Below the pieces are notes generated by a model. The model ran no database searches. It was not told the DNA's origin and was given only the letters and a program-made list of their open reading frames with translations. 64,000 bases of DNA from Octopus sinensis (lineage: Eukaryota). The DNA lies in assembly GCF_006345805.1 (NCBI RefSeq), contig NW_021833071.1, positions 1-64,000 of the forward strand. Reading direction: 5' to 3'. Below are positions 13,178 through 25,983 of this stretch, in pieces (the first letter of the stretch is position 1; each line of letters opens with the position of its first letter). Both the position numbers and the translations under genes were made by a program.

Positions 13178-14280
13178 GAAAGAATGGAGTCGAACGAAGA
13201 TGTTAACAAAATTCCTTTACTCTCGACACATGTTTCGAAGACATCATGTTTTCATTCCAAAGGAATAAAGGATGCATGTTGCAATCTACTCATCAGGAAA
13301 AAAGGGACCCTCTCTCGACAACAAGACAAACAAAAATTTCGATGATTGCCTACATGGTAAACAAAGCGATAATGAGTATTTTTTCTTTTTTTAAACCGTT
13401 GGAAGAATTGACGTCAAAAATAGATAGTAGGAAGAGAAGGAATAAAGTAATAATAGGTAGGGAACAGTATGTTTGGTGTATGTATGGAAATGTGTGGGTG
13501 TGTGCTTGTGTTAATGAGTGCGTGTGTTTGTGTGTGTGTATGTGTGTGTGTATAACTGCATTTGTGTCTGTGTGTGTGATTGTGTGTGTGAGAGAGAGAC
13601 AGACGTCAAAGATAAAGAGTAGGAAGAGAAGTTATAAAGGAATAATAGGTAGGGAACAAGTGGAGAGGGAAGGGTATGTTGACTGAAAGAATGTTCGAAG
13701 GCTTAGGAACGAATTTCTCTATAGCAGTGGGATGGACGTGAAGCTAATTGTTCAAACCACAGTGACTATCATTATCATTTATATCAGTAGAAAGTGTGTT
13801 TCTGCCAGTGTTTACATCTGTATGATTTTTCTATGAGTGTGTTTACTGGGGGAACCTCAGCGAACAGAATATGGAAGAGTTCAGAGTTACAAATGTTACA
13901 AAATCTCCTGCCCTTATCAAAAGGAAAGGATACAGACAATATGAAACAATCTAACTTGAAAATTATATTGTTGTCTTTAAGACGCCAAACTAATTTACTT
14001 AGCCCTGTACTATGTCATATTTTCCTATCCCTGAATGTTGAATAGTGGTTTGAAATTCTCTTGTGAGTAAAGGAATTTTGTTAACATCTTCGTTCGACTC
14101 CATTCATTCATTTATTCATATGCAACACACAAATTTCTACACATGAACCCGGAGTTTCTACCCTTGACAGGTCGCTTCAACCGTGTTTTCTGACGTGAAT
14201 TTGCTACCCAGGTTTCGGTTAAACGAATTTTCCATGCTGACGATAAACATAGGATAATTCATTCACCTACTTATATATAT

Positions 14281-14343
<63 letters not shown>

Positions 14344-14375
14344 TATATATAAATGTATATGTATATATATATAAT

Positions 14376-14474
<99 letters not shown>

Positions 14475-14479
14475 GAAAA

Positions 14480-15433
14480 AACAAGTCAAAATCGAAAATG
14501 CTAAGATGATTTTATAGTGAATCTTTCAGTACCGGTTTCGGTCATTTTGAGACCTTTTCAACTGTAACGATTAAATAATTAAATTTAGAAAAATTAAGAA
14601 AAATTAGAAGAAAGGTTTTTTTAAAGGAATACTTCCATAGTAGTGTTCAGATATAGGTGGCAGTCTGCCTTTCTCTGACTCCGTTGTTTGCACTTGTGTA
14701 TTCGAGGTCGTTGTGAGTTCTTAAGGGGGTGGGAGTGGAAAAATCTGGGCTGGTCAGTGGCGACCGGCAGTCGCTGCGTAGGCGTTATACTTAAAGACAT
14801 TAGTGACAAGGTTAAGGGGTAGAAGGTGGAGAAGTAGAAGAAGAAGAAGAAGATGACGGTGCCGATGATGATGACGATGAAGAAGAAGAAGGAGAAGGAG
14901 AAGATGACGATGATGATGGTGGTGATGACGATGACGACGATGGTGATGATAATGATGATGATGAAGAAGAAGAAGAGGAAGAAGAAGAAAAAAAACACAG
15001 AGAAGGGAGAATATGAATGGGTGAAGATATAGCTGTGATGGGGCGATTAGTAATGGATTCTATGGAATGTAATATTTGTGTGTGTATATATATTTCTTTT
15101 ATTCTTAAGTTGAGGTATATTAATTGTTTGTCGTAGACCCGTTAAGAAGTGGCCTGTATTTTATAATAAAGATATTTTCTTTACTTATTCGTTGTCTCGA
15201 GGTTGTATCGTCCCTAAATTGGTAGAGGGGGAAAATTCTGAAGTTTGGTGTTTTTTTGTTGGCGCAAGTATCTATGTGTTGGCTAAAAGCTATTTTCTGT
15301 TTTGGGGAATTTTTATCTGGGATCTGTGCAGGGCCATTCGTTTACGCAAACCATTTTTTGTTTGGCCTATGTACTGCTCTTGACACCCGGAGCAGGTTAG
15401 TGAGTATATTAGGTTCTCCGAAGCACATGTGAA
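14480..15433 (-). mobile_element. Penelope-like element remnant: GIY-YIG endonuclease 3' end plus downstream terminal region
   Basis: 15433-15120(-): FTCASENLIYSLTCSGCQEQYIGQTKNGLRKRMALHRSQI, then frameshifted QHIDTCA..FRIFPLYQF..RISKENIFIIKYRPLLN*; hammerhead-like motif downstream at 14567-14524. Confidence 0.85.
14524..14567 (-). ncRNA. Decayed minimal type I hammerhead ribozyme motif
   Basis: ttacag TTGAAAA ggtc tcaaaat gacc GAAAC CG GTA ctgaaa: stems II and III intact, but CUGANGA is mutated at two positions. Confidence 0.55.
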
Positions 15434-15434
15434 G

Positions 15435-15478
<44 letters not shown>

Positions 15479-16137
15479 TATGTATGTATATATATATATT
15501 TATATATTTTTAAATACATATATACATACATATATATATATTCATATGTGTATATAAATGTGTTTTTTTACATATGAACGTGTATCTCTCTATATATGCA
15601 TAAGTATTTATGCATATATATATATATATATATGTTTATGTATGTATATGGGGGGTGTCTTGTGTCTGTGTGTTCCTTCATGTTCCGTTATGAGGTGGTT
15701 TTCTCCTGTATATCAAACTCTGCACATTGTATAAGAAACACTGTTTCGTTCTTATTACTGTGCAGTGCAGCGACCGAATGTTCTCTTAATAAAGTATCGA
15801 AATTAAATTGGTGTAATTACACCTAAACCAGTCACAATAGCGTGTTCCAATATACAGCATATCGTAAGAGCAGGTGTGGATTTCCATCGGTGGTAAGCTC
15901 CTGGTTTCTAATCTGCCCAATCGAGATCAGGGGAAATCACTCCAATAGATACGATCTACCTTTTCAAAATGCTGAGATGGTAATAAAAATTAACAACACT
16001 TACATCATCATCAACAACAACAACAGCAAAGAAATATCCCTAACAGTGATAACATCATTAACGCATTTCTAGGAACAATAATTCCGAATATGGCCAAATA
16101 ATATTTATCCTTCCTTCTTTTCCTCCTTGATTTACCA

Positions 16138-16143
16138 ATCATC

Positions 16144-16195
<52 letters not shown>

Positions 16196-16324
16196 CAATC
16201 GTCATCATCATCATCATCATTATCATCATCATCATCGTCGTCGTTGTCGTAATCATCATCATCATCATCGTCATCGTCATCGTCATCATCATCATCATCA
16301 TCATCGTCATCGTCATCGTCATCG

Positions 16325-16360
<36 letters not shown>

Positions 16361-16400
16361 CCGTCATCATCATCATCATCAGCAGCAGCAGCAGCAGCTG
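16138..16400. repeat. (CAT)n/(CGT)n/(CAG)n microsatellite
   Basis: Direct reading. Confidence 0.95.
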
Positions 16401-16406
16401 GAGGAT

Positions 16407-16750
16407 GAGGCGCAATGGCCCAGTGGTTAGCGCAGCGAACTCGCTGTCGTAGGATCGCGGCTTCCTTTCCCAGACCGGGCGTTGTGTGTGTTTATTGAGC
16501 GAAAATCCCTAAAAGCTCACGAGGCTTTGGCAGGGGATGGTGGCGACCCCTGCTGTACTCTTTCGCTCCAAATTTCTCTCAATCTTTCTTCCTCTGTCTT
16601 GTCCCCGACTTCCTACGCAACCGCTGAACCTGGATGCGCATTCATCTATCCGTTGATACCCTCGGTGTCAGTGATTGACCTGCTTTCTCTTCTGCGGGTC
16701 TTACGAATAGCAAAGGACCTCGATTCGGACTTCTCCCACAGCGAGCTCTG
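16407..16750 (+). mobile_element. SINE with family B head and a third 3' body
   Basis: gaggcgcaatggcccagtggttag..ccctgctgtactctt matches the family B head; downstream ~180 bp are unrelated to the 5690 body. Confidence 0.75.
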
Positions 16751-17654
16751 GGACGAAGGTTGCATCGCTCAACAGCAACAGCAGTAGCAGCATCACCATT
16801 TAGTTTGAGTTTGAAGGAACTTGAAATATAACAATTTTAAAGGAGATTTATATTTGTTATATCCTCCGAAAAAAATATATTTCACTTGTATCTGATGCAA
16901 TGCTTGGGAAAAGCACATTACAATGGATATAAGGAATGGTTTTGGTTGTGATGATGACTTTTATTTCCTCATAACAGTTGCTTTAGTTTACGCCCGGCGA
17001 GCAGACGTGATACGTATATTTGTAGAGTTCGTATGAACATGCAAGTGTTACTGGTCCGCTGCAGAAAGTGGGCAACACAATACGACGGATAACACAAAAT
17101 AGAGAATCTTGCCTTAACCCTCGTGGAAGTAAGAACTATTGAATTCTTTGTACTCAGTTGAAATTGGAAAAGTAGATGAAAAGAATGTTCTTTAACTGAA
17201 GAGCGACCATAGCTGGGAACGGACTCCAAAACTCTTTTCCAATTAACATATTCTACAGCGATATAGAGATAGCAGTGATCGAGCAATTCAAAAAGGAAGC
17301 CATCGACCAACAGGTCTTTGACCATGATGATGAACCTCTTATGTCATAGTAATAACAGTCTTGCGAGTTTGGGGAGCTGTAGTTGTATGTTCGAGGATAG
17401 CGAATCCTCGTAGATACTTTACAAGATTATTCGACGAAATTAGGCACGCGAAAAACGAGTGTAGAATACACATGTGTGTATTTAACCTGTGAAAGGAAAT
17501 TGGGGTCCTGATATCAAACCTTTGATTCTGAAATATGAAATGACTGCCATACGTTGTATCATTAAGAAGTTTAAACGTTTATCTAAATTTGAGGAAAAGA
17601 AAAAAAATGTTGTGTCACATTACAAAAACCACTTGCCGTTTTTTTTTTCGCATT

Positions 17655-17792
17655 CAACGTAGAAAAATCAGTGGGATCTTTTGAGCAAAGGCAAAGTCGA
17701 TCCCGGAGGAATTTGAACTCAGAACGAGAAGACGGACGGAATACCACAAAGCATTTTGCCCGGCGTGCGAACGATTCTGTGAGTTCTGCGCC
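17655..17792 (-). mobile_element. SINE family C, truncated
   Basis: gcaaaggcaaagtcgatcccggaggaatttgaactcagaacg matches the reverse complement of the family C unit. Confidence 0.75.
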
Positions 17793-18562
17793 TGAATTAT
17801 AATACTAAATATTTCTTTTCTAACCTATCGTCCCAGCCAGTAATTTGGGATCAGGGTACAATAGATGGTATCTATCCCACTACTATAGTCGGTATGATCC
17901 ACTGTTGCCCTTAAAAACCGTACCTCAGCGTAGCTAAAGTAAACAATCACGCGCATTTGTTTGCCTAATTCCAAAGCCATCATGATAGCGTTCTCCATGT
18001 TTAAAATGATTGATTGAACAATTTCTAGTGAGACTAACAGTAAACTTGTTAGTCTCTCGCAATAAATTCACACTAGACGTTCTTACTACATGTCTACAGT
18101 TATTAGCGTATGAAGAATTGTATATACTCGCAAATCCAATTAACTCATTAGCTGCCAATTAGCAGAAAGGTTAAAACGCGGTGTTTGAATCTGATCCTCC
18201 GCTCTAATTTCACGTCTTGCTGATCAAGCTTTGATCAATTTTAGCTTTGAACCGTTCTGCTTGATAGAATGCATGTACAAATTCATGACAGTAATTTGGT
18301 TATTTGATGGAGCTATCACAAGGCCAGACCAGATGTCTAGCTGCATTGTTTTCCGTGTTTTTCCTTTCTGCGGTCAAATCCAGCTACAATCTGCTTGCCA
18401 AGTAGACGTAGTACTTCAGTTGGTTAAAAGAAAAAAACAAACTCTGGCCTCATTTTGTCTTGGTCTCAAACTTAAAGTTACACTGCCATTTCTTTCTCCA
18501 AACATAGAGGCCTTCAAATGGCCTTCCTAACTAAATATAAAAATAATACTAATTCAATATTC

Positions 18563-18632
18563 GGTGAGCTGGCAGGAACGTTAGCATGCCGGGCGAAATG
18601 CGTAGCCGTATTTCGTCTGTTGTTACGTTCTT
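18563..18632 (+). mobile_element. SINE family C head fragment
   Basis: ggtgagctggcaggaacgttagcatgccgggcgaaatgcgtagccgtatttcgtc. Confidence 0.7.
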
Positions 18633-18642
18633 ATAGACATGT

Positions 18643-18736
<94 letters not shown>

Positions 18737-19319
18737 TATATATACACGCAGACACATGAATACACATATATACTTACATAGATTAAGCTAATGTATTCAT
18801 GTCTCTGTTGACAGCCTGTCAATTTTGACTAAAAATTCCAGTCGTGTTATGCTTACTTGGTGTTAATTGAAGACGTAACATAATTTATTTACTTTCAGAT
18901 GTCATTTTTTTTTTTATTACCAATACAGAAATCTTAACAGTGAGTAAATAGATATGATTATTGGATAGAAAATATGTTAGTAATCTGGGAATATAATCTT
19001 AAAATTTCTTTACAATCTTATTCGTCCTAAATTTTCTTGCAATCTGTTATTCGTTTTGTGCTTTGCGTTATTGGATGACAGCAATCCCTATGCTCGTCTT
19101 TTAAAACATTTATTCCGCTATAGGAACTCCAATAATTACTTAAGTGTGGTCGATATTAGACGACCTTTTGTATTTTTCTAATCTTTAATTATAGGATTCA
19201 ATTTATCACGGATAATGAGCCTAAATGTCATTATAAAAACTCTTATGTCTATATATACTGAAATCGATGCATGCACGCAAACATACATGTATACATAGAT
19301 ACCAGACAATTTATAGCTC

Positions 19320-19668
19320 GATGGCCAGCCTTGAATTTGCGATCAGCGGTACAATGTTTTGTTGCTTGTTCCTTCTCGAGGCACGCCTGGCTCATAAGGG
19401 CCGGTTTCCCGGTTTTATTGGCGTATAGGTTCCCCACCTGGACGGGACGCGGGTCCGTCGCAGGTGAGCTGCAAGATGCAGGAGGAAAGAGAGAGAGAAA
19501 GTTGTGGCGAAAGAGTCAGCAGAAGTTCGCTATTAGCTTCTGCCGGAGCCGCGTGGAGGTTTAGGTGTTTCACTCATAAACACACACATCGCCCGGTCTG
19601 AGATTCGTACCCGCGATCCCTCGACCACGAGTCAGCTGCTCTAACCACTAGGTCATGTACTTCTACAC
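19320..19668 (-). mobile_element. SINE with family B-like head and a fourth 3' body
   Basis: Diverged B head at 19560-19668; body includes ccacctggacgggacgcgggtccgtcgcagg. Confidence 0.65.
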
Positions 19669-19948
19669 GGTACAATGGAAACAACATTTTGAATATGATG
19701 CTATCTATAACACATTCTTTTATCTCTTCTTTGAAATCAAAACAAAAATACAAAAAAAAAAAAGGATAAGGATGATAAAATTCATCCGATTTCAAGTGAT
19801 ATACACAAAAACAGTTTCTAGCCGTAGTTGTGTATACGACTGAAGATTCTTCGAATAGTCAACAAAGAAATGGTGAACCTATTATATTATATGCAAGGGA
19901 ATCTTCTGCTTCAGAAGATTGCAGCATAATTTTGAGCTATTGATTATA

Positions 19949-20853
19949 TCTATATATATAAAACTCTAGTTGTGTGAGTGTCTGTCCCCTTCGATTTAGA
20001 TTCCTAACTCCTCCCACATTTTGCGGTGCAGTTTAACCAAATTCGGGTATCTTATAGTCGTGATTCATATCGAGCCCGTCTGACTATTAGCGCGCGTCAA
20101 CGATGAGTCTACGATTTTAAAAAAAATTTAACATCATTTTTTTATTCCATTTTAATGCATAAAATGCATCGTGTGTCGATGGCGGCGGAGTTGGCGTCCA
20201 CGCTCACAGCTGCACCTGTTTGCTTCTCCCCCTTCTTCCCTCCCTCGTGAAGCTGTGGGGAAGGGAGTGTAAAGAAATCAACGTCGTAATGCGTTGTGAA
20301 GGAGACCAGCGTTCTTTTAGAACAACGACTTCATGGCTTGAAGACACCAAAAAAAAAATGGCTAAGAAAGCCCGAATTTATAAGGGAAGTAACTCTCTAA
20401 AAATGCTTATATAGTTATTTCCCTTACAAACCCGAGCAACGCCGGGCGATACTGCTAGTCTTTATATATAAAAGTAAGGTTGTGTGCTGTCTGTCTACTC
20501 CGATTCAGATTCCTAACTACTCCCACATTTTGCGGTGCAGTTTAACCAAAAGCGGGTATCTTATAGTTGTGATTCATATCGAGCCCTTCTGTGTATTAGC
20601 GCGCGTCTAAGATGAGTCTACGATTTTAAAAATAATTTAACATCATTTTTTCCATTTTAATGCATAACTTTTTTAATATAAGGGAAGTAACTCTCTAAAA
20701 ATGTCTACGATGAGTCAACAATTTAAAAAAAATTTACCATAATTTTCTTTCCATTTTTAATTCATTTTTCGCTATTTTTTGGCTATAACTCTCTAAAAAT
20801 GCTTTATAGTTATTTCTCTTACAAACCCGAACAACGCCGGGCGATACTGCTAG
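19949..20853 (+). mobile_element. Two head-to-tail non-autonomous Helitrons (19949-20458, 20459-20853)
   Basis: Each begins TC(t/a)tatatataaaa and ends cccg..cggg hairpin + CTAG; junction ctag|tc; outer flanks A and T. Confidence 0.8.
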
Positions 20854-21180
20854 TAGTACCATAAAACAGAAAGACTTGTTTGGTAAAATAATCTTACCAT
20901 AAATGGCATTAAACCCTACGTGAATATAGCTGGTACTTTAGACCAGCTGGCATTGGACCAAATGAACTCAACTCCTTCCATGTAAAGATGTACATTCTAG
21001 AAAAATGTCCTTAGGTTATAAAAATCTGCCGATGAACCATCAAAATATAAACGGTGACACGTTGCTCTACTGCTTGTGATTGTCTTTCAATTATTTCTCG
21101 GATTACTTATAGAGAAACATGTGAGTTAGAATATCGATGAGGTATTCTCACTTTACTCTGTTTCCTCGGTCTGTACGTAA

Positions 21181-21577
21181 TCTATATATATAAAAGTGAA
21201 GTTGTGTGAGTGTCTGTCTCCTACGATTTAGATTCCTAACTTCTCCCACATTTTGCGGTGCAGTTTAACCAAAAGCGGGTATCTTATAGTCGTGATTCAT
21301 ACCGAGCCCTTCTGGGTATTAACGCGCGTCTACGATGAGTCTACGATTTTAAAAATAATTTACCATAATTTTTTTCCATTTTAAAGCATATTTTTTAAAT
21401 AAGAGGAAGTAACTCTCTAAAAATGTCTACGATGAGTCAACGATTTTTAAAAACATTTACCATAATTTTTTTTTCGATGTTTAATGCATTTTTTGCTGTA
21501 TTTTGGCTATAACTCTCTAAAAATGCTTTATAGTTATTTCCCTTACAAATCCGAGCAACGCCGGGCGATACTGCGAG
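21181..21577 (+). mobile_element. Non-autonomous Helitron, same family
   Basis: 5' TCtatatata, same body, 3' ccgagcaacgccgggcgatactgcgag|t (CTAG mutated). Confidence 0.8.
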
Positions 21578-21869
21578 TTTTAATATAATCCCCTAAAGTG
21601 GTGAACTTTTAATATTACATACCAAAGAGCTTTTTTCATGAGCGTGTGTGTGTAGAGATGAGCTGTCACGAATTTATATTTGCGGAGTTTAGTACGTTTG
21701 TGAGGGATTGGAGCATATGTGTATGTAAAGAAAGTGCAGACGTGACGAGGAAAATATACACCCGGGAGAAATGTAAAAGAGAAGCCAAGAGGCATGTGGA
21801 ATGTGCGACCAAATTGTATGTAGGTGTATGTGAGTGAGGTGGCTGCCCCCTCGTTATCGAGTACGGCCC

Positions 21870-22170
21870 TACCATCTTTTTTCTGTTGTTATTCCATAAT
21901 GTTGGCATAGTTTCCAGTGTATATAGGTCCCAAATCTGTCGTGTCTGTGAAAATATTCCTTCTTAGCCAGGACTGGGCAGCCAGAGATAATATGATTTAT
22001 TGTTTCTTGTCCATCTCCACATATTCTGCAGTTACTTGTTATATTTCTTTTCATTACATGTTTTTGGTAATTTCTGGTGGGGAGGCTTTGGTCTTGTGCT
22101 GCAATTATAAATCCTTCTGTCTCTGCGTTGAGTCCTGAGCTTCTCAACCATTGCTGGGAGTTTTCTTTCT
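21870..22170 (-). mobile_element. R4/Dong-family internal fragment (CCHC zinc-knuckle region)
   Basis: ORF 21869-22147(-): CRICGDGQETINHIISGCPVLAKKEYFHRHD; matches 26750-27030 and 46705-46945. Confidence 0.9.
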
Positions 22171-22620
22171 CTGTTTGAGAAAATCACATGAAGGAAACGA
22201 AAGATGGGGAAAAATTTGCGTTTACGGAGAGAAGAAAAGCGAAAAAGAAAGAAAAGAAAATCTGGAGATAATTACAATAAAATTTGGTACAGGAATTACT
22301 TTGTGTTCTTTGAGATAAGGAAATTAGTACGGCGCATAAAGGAGTGTAAGGAATAGAAAGAGAATAGAGAAATATGAAAAAAAAAAAGACAAATGAAAAT
22401 AAAGAGAACGGAGATCAGAGGAAGGTGAGAAGTGAGTGATAAAGTAAAAAAATGCAGAAAAAGTTAATACAACACCTATATCAAAGCGTTTTTAAAATCC
22501 TGTAGGAGACGGAATTTTAAAAGAACATAGATGGAAATTCCGGTGAGGATCGATAAAGGTTCAACCGGCGAAAAGTCCAGGGAGGAAAGAATACTAATAT
22601 TATATTGAGGAATATTATAT

Positions 22621-22867
22621 TAGGCGCAGGAGTGGCTGTGTAGGCGCGGGAGTGGATGTGTAGGCGCGGGAGTGGATGTGTAGGCGCAGGAGTGGCTGTG
22701 TAGGCGCAGGAGTGGCTGTTTGGTAAGTAGCTTGCTAACCAACCACATGGTTCCGGGTTCAGTCCCACTGCGTGGCATCTTGGGCAAGTGTCTTCTGCTA
22801 TAGCCACGGGCCGACCAATGCCTTTTGAATGGATTTGATAGACGGAAACTGAAAGAAGCCTGTCGTA

Positions 22868-22913
<46 letters not shown>

Positions 22914-23106
22914 TGTGTGTGTGTGTTTGTGTGTCTGTGTTTGTCCCCCTAGCATTGCTTGACAACCGATGCTGGTGTGTTTACGTCCCCGTCACCTAGC
23001 GGTTCGGCAAAAGAGACCGATAGAATAAGTCCCGGGGTCGATTTGCTCGACTAAAGGCGGTGCTCCAGCATGGCCGCAGTCAAATGACTGAAACATGTAA
23101 AAGAGA
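22621..23106 (+). mobile_element. SINE family A with 5 tandem copies of its 20-bp head
   Basis: (taggcgcRggagtggMtgtg)x5 at 22621-22720, followed by a normal family A body. Confidence 0.85.
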
Positions 23107-23158
23107 GGAATTGTTAACACTAAATGTGTTAGAACTTGTAGGAGAAGAACCGTTTCTA

Positions 23159-23196
<38 letters not shown>

Positions 23197-23377
23197 ACAG
23201 TGAGACAGTTAGAAACGGACTGACAGAGAAAGTAATTTTGTTGAAGATTCCACAGCTGATGGTATGTTCTGAGATTCGAAATATAGTCAAGAAAGGGAAA
23301 ATAAAGTACGTTGGAGATAGACGGGAAAGAAATCAGGCGAAAAGGAGTCAATCGAATTTGTGTAAGAGGAAAATGGA

Positions 23378-23752
23378 TGGAAGCACTCCGTCGGTTACGA
23401 CGACGAGGGTTCCGGTTGATCCGATCAACGGAACAGCCTGCTCGTGAAATTAACGTGCACGTGGCTGAGCACTCCACAGACACGTGTACCCTTAACGTAG
23501 TTCTCGGGTATATTCAGCGTGACACAGAGAGTGACAAGGCCGGCCCTTTGAAATACAGGTACAACAGAAACAGGAAGTAAGAGTGAGAGAAAGTTGTGGT
23601 GAAAGAGTACAGCAGGGATCACCACCATCCCTGCCGGAGCCTTCGTGGAGCTTTTTAGGTGTTTTCACTCAATAAACACTCACAACGCCCGGTCTGGGAA
23701 TCGAAACCGCGATCCTACGACCGCGAGTCCGTTGCCCTAACCACAGGGCCAA
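23378..23752 (-). mobile_element. SINE family B
   Basis: Reverse complement of 5690-6071. Confidence 0.85.
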
Positions 23753-24389
23753 GAGGAAAATAGACAGAAACGGAAGCGAAAGGGAAGCAACAATTATGAG
23801 GAAGTAGAAGAAAGTGTAAGCGCAAGCATCTGTCAGTGTGTATGTGTGTGAGTATTAACTTCTCACCAGGGTAGCCTGGTAGGGCTGCCGGTTTACTCGC
23901 CGAGAACCCGACCATGCAACAGGTTGTAATGGAGTCCATGCTATCAGTAGCACTTATGAGAGCCTCATAAGTGACATGACATACACATATACATACATAC
24001 ATACATACATACGTACTCACATATATTCATAATACATATATACATACATACGTACATACATGTCTACATGCATCCATCCATCCATATATACAGACACATA
24101 CATACATACGTCACTGGAACTACAAATTTGTGAAACGTTCTAGAAATTTATCAATTATGTATATAATTGCATATCCATGTATGGAACTATATGCATGAAG
24201 ATACATTCAGAAAATGAGACATGCAAATGTGCACATGCACTGACTCCAAATAGTGCACATATACACACATACATGCACAAATACCCAGTTGATGTAGCAA
24301 TTCCAATGGAGATTTGGATCTGGGTTAGAAACCGGATCTTTCTCAATTGGCAAGAAGTCTTGAAAAAGAATGAATAAGGACATACATAC

Positions 24390-24810
24390 ATAGGGTCGGG
24401 AGTGAATGTGTGGTAAAACGCTTCCTTCCCAAACACACGGTTCGGAGTTCAATTCTACTGCCTGGCATCTTGGGCAAGTGTATTCTACTATAGCCTCGGA
24501 CCGACCAATGCCTCGTGTGTGGATTTGGTAGACGGAAACTGAAAGAAGCCTGTAGCATATGTGTAAGCGTATATATATATATATATGAGACTGTCTTTGT
24601 GCCTGTGTTTCTTCACCCATCACCGCTTAACAAACGCTGTTGGTGCGTTTACGTCCCCCTAACTTGGCACATAAGGAAATGGGCTGGTAAAATAAGTACT
24701 ACGTTAAACATAAATCCTGGGGTCGATTTGTTCGATTGAAGGCCTTAAAGGCGGGGGGTGGAGCTCTAGTATTGCTCTGGTCAAATGAGTGAAAGAAGCA
24801 AGAGAATAAA
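24390..24810 (+). mobile_element. SINE family A, diverged
   Basis: ttgggcaagtgtattctactatagcctcggaccgaccaatgcc..ggtagacggaaactgaaagaagcc. Confidence 0.8.
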
Positions 24811-24899
24811 AGAATATATACATGCATATTTACATAGATGTATATATACATACTTAGGTTCATGCCTAACCCACGCACATTTTTTCGTACATACATATA

Positions 24900-25308
24900 T
24901 ACTCTTTTTACTCTTTACTCTTTTACTTGTTTCAGTCATTTGACTGCGGCCATGCTGGAGCACCGCCTTTTAATGGTGCAACTCGACCCCGGGACTTATT
25001 CTTTTGTAAGCCCAGTACTTATTCTATCGGGTTCTTTTGCCGAACCGCTAAGAAACAGCGACATAAACACACCAGCATCGGTTGTCAAGCAATGCTAGTG
25101 GGACAAACATAGACACACAAACACACACACGCATACACATATATACATATATACGACGGGCTTCTTTCAGTTTCCGTCTACCAAATCCACTCACAAGGCT
25201 TTGGTCGGCCCGAGGCTATAGTAGAAGACACTTGCCCAAGGTGCTACGCAGTGAGACTGAACCCGGAAGCATGTGGTTGGTAAACAAGATACTTACCACA
25301 CAGCCTCG
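24900..25308 (-). mobile_element. SINE family A
   Basis: Reverse complement of 345-767. Confidence 0.85.
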
Positions 25309-25592
25309 CACATCTAGCATTATATTAAACAATATAATATTAATGCTAACTAAAGAAAAAGATCGCTCAAAATATATTGGAAACGTCAGTGTGTATTGGA
25401 TAGACAGAGAAAAGCATTTTGAGATAATATACATTTATTATTGGATATTAAGAAATGAGCGTGGAATTTTCATTTAACACAATATGATGTGACAATCCAA
25501 CACAAGCAACGCTTCGCCTTCGCAATACGCAATTGCGTCATGTTTCTTTTGTTTGTTTTCCGAATGCTATAATTTATATCAATCTTCGATGG

Positions 25593-25983
25593 CAAAATTC
25601 CCCGAAGGTATTTTCGTTTATTCGAACAAAGAGAAATTAAATCCGTACGCTTATCCTACGACTTGTTATTGTGTTTTAAAAATACGCATAAACTGCAGAA
25701 AGAATCGGATGATATATGAAGCTTTCTTTTATGTAAAAGATACCAACTGATACTGTAGGTTCCGTTGCCATTTTCAAATTCTTGTATGTGTCACAAAAAT
25801 GCTTCTAATCTTCTTCCTGATGTTCTAAATGTACATTTATAATGATAGTATCTGATCTTAAATTGATTTGCTGTCATACCGATGTAATCTGTTCCTTTCA
25901 ATATTTGACAGCGACAACTTAGATATCCGATTTTTCTTGGTAATTATCTTCGTGGACGTATATTTTTCGGCAACACAACTGCA
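25593..25983 (-). mobile_element. Decayed Penelope-like GIY-YIG endonuclease, second family
   Basis: DYIGMTANQFKIRYYHYKCTFR..YSISWYLL..FCSLC..KRTDLISLCSNKRKYL matches the PLE pattern YIGMT..FK.RY..HK.SF..Y.I.W.IL..CNLC..NKR.ELIS.CRH..KYL; stops are present. Confidence 0.75.

Noticed and set aside
18899-21120. Microexon-like ag..gtgagt segments (18929-18939, 21113-21120)
   Set aside because: Such short matches are expected by chance in T-rich DNA and there is no coding evidence.
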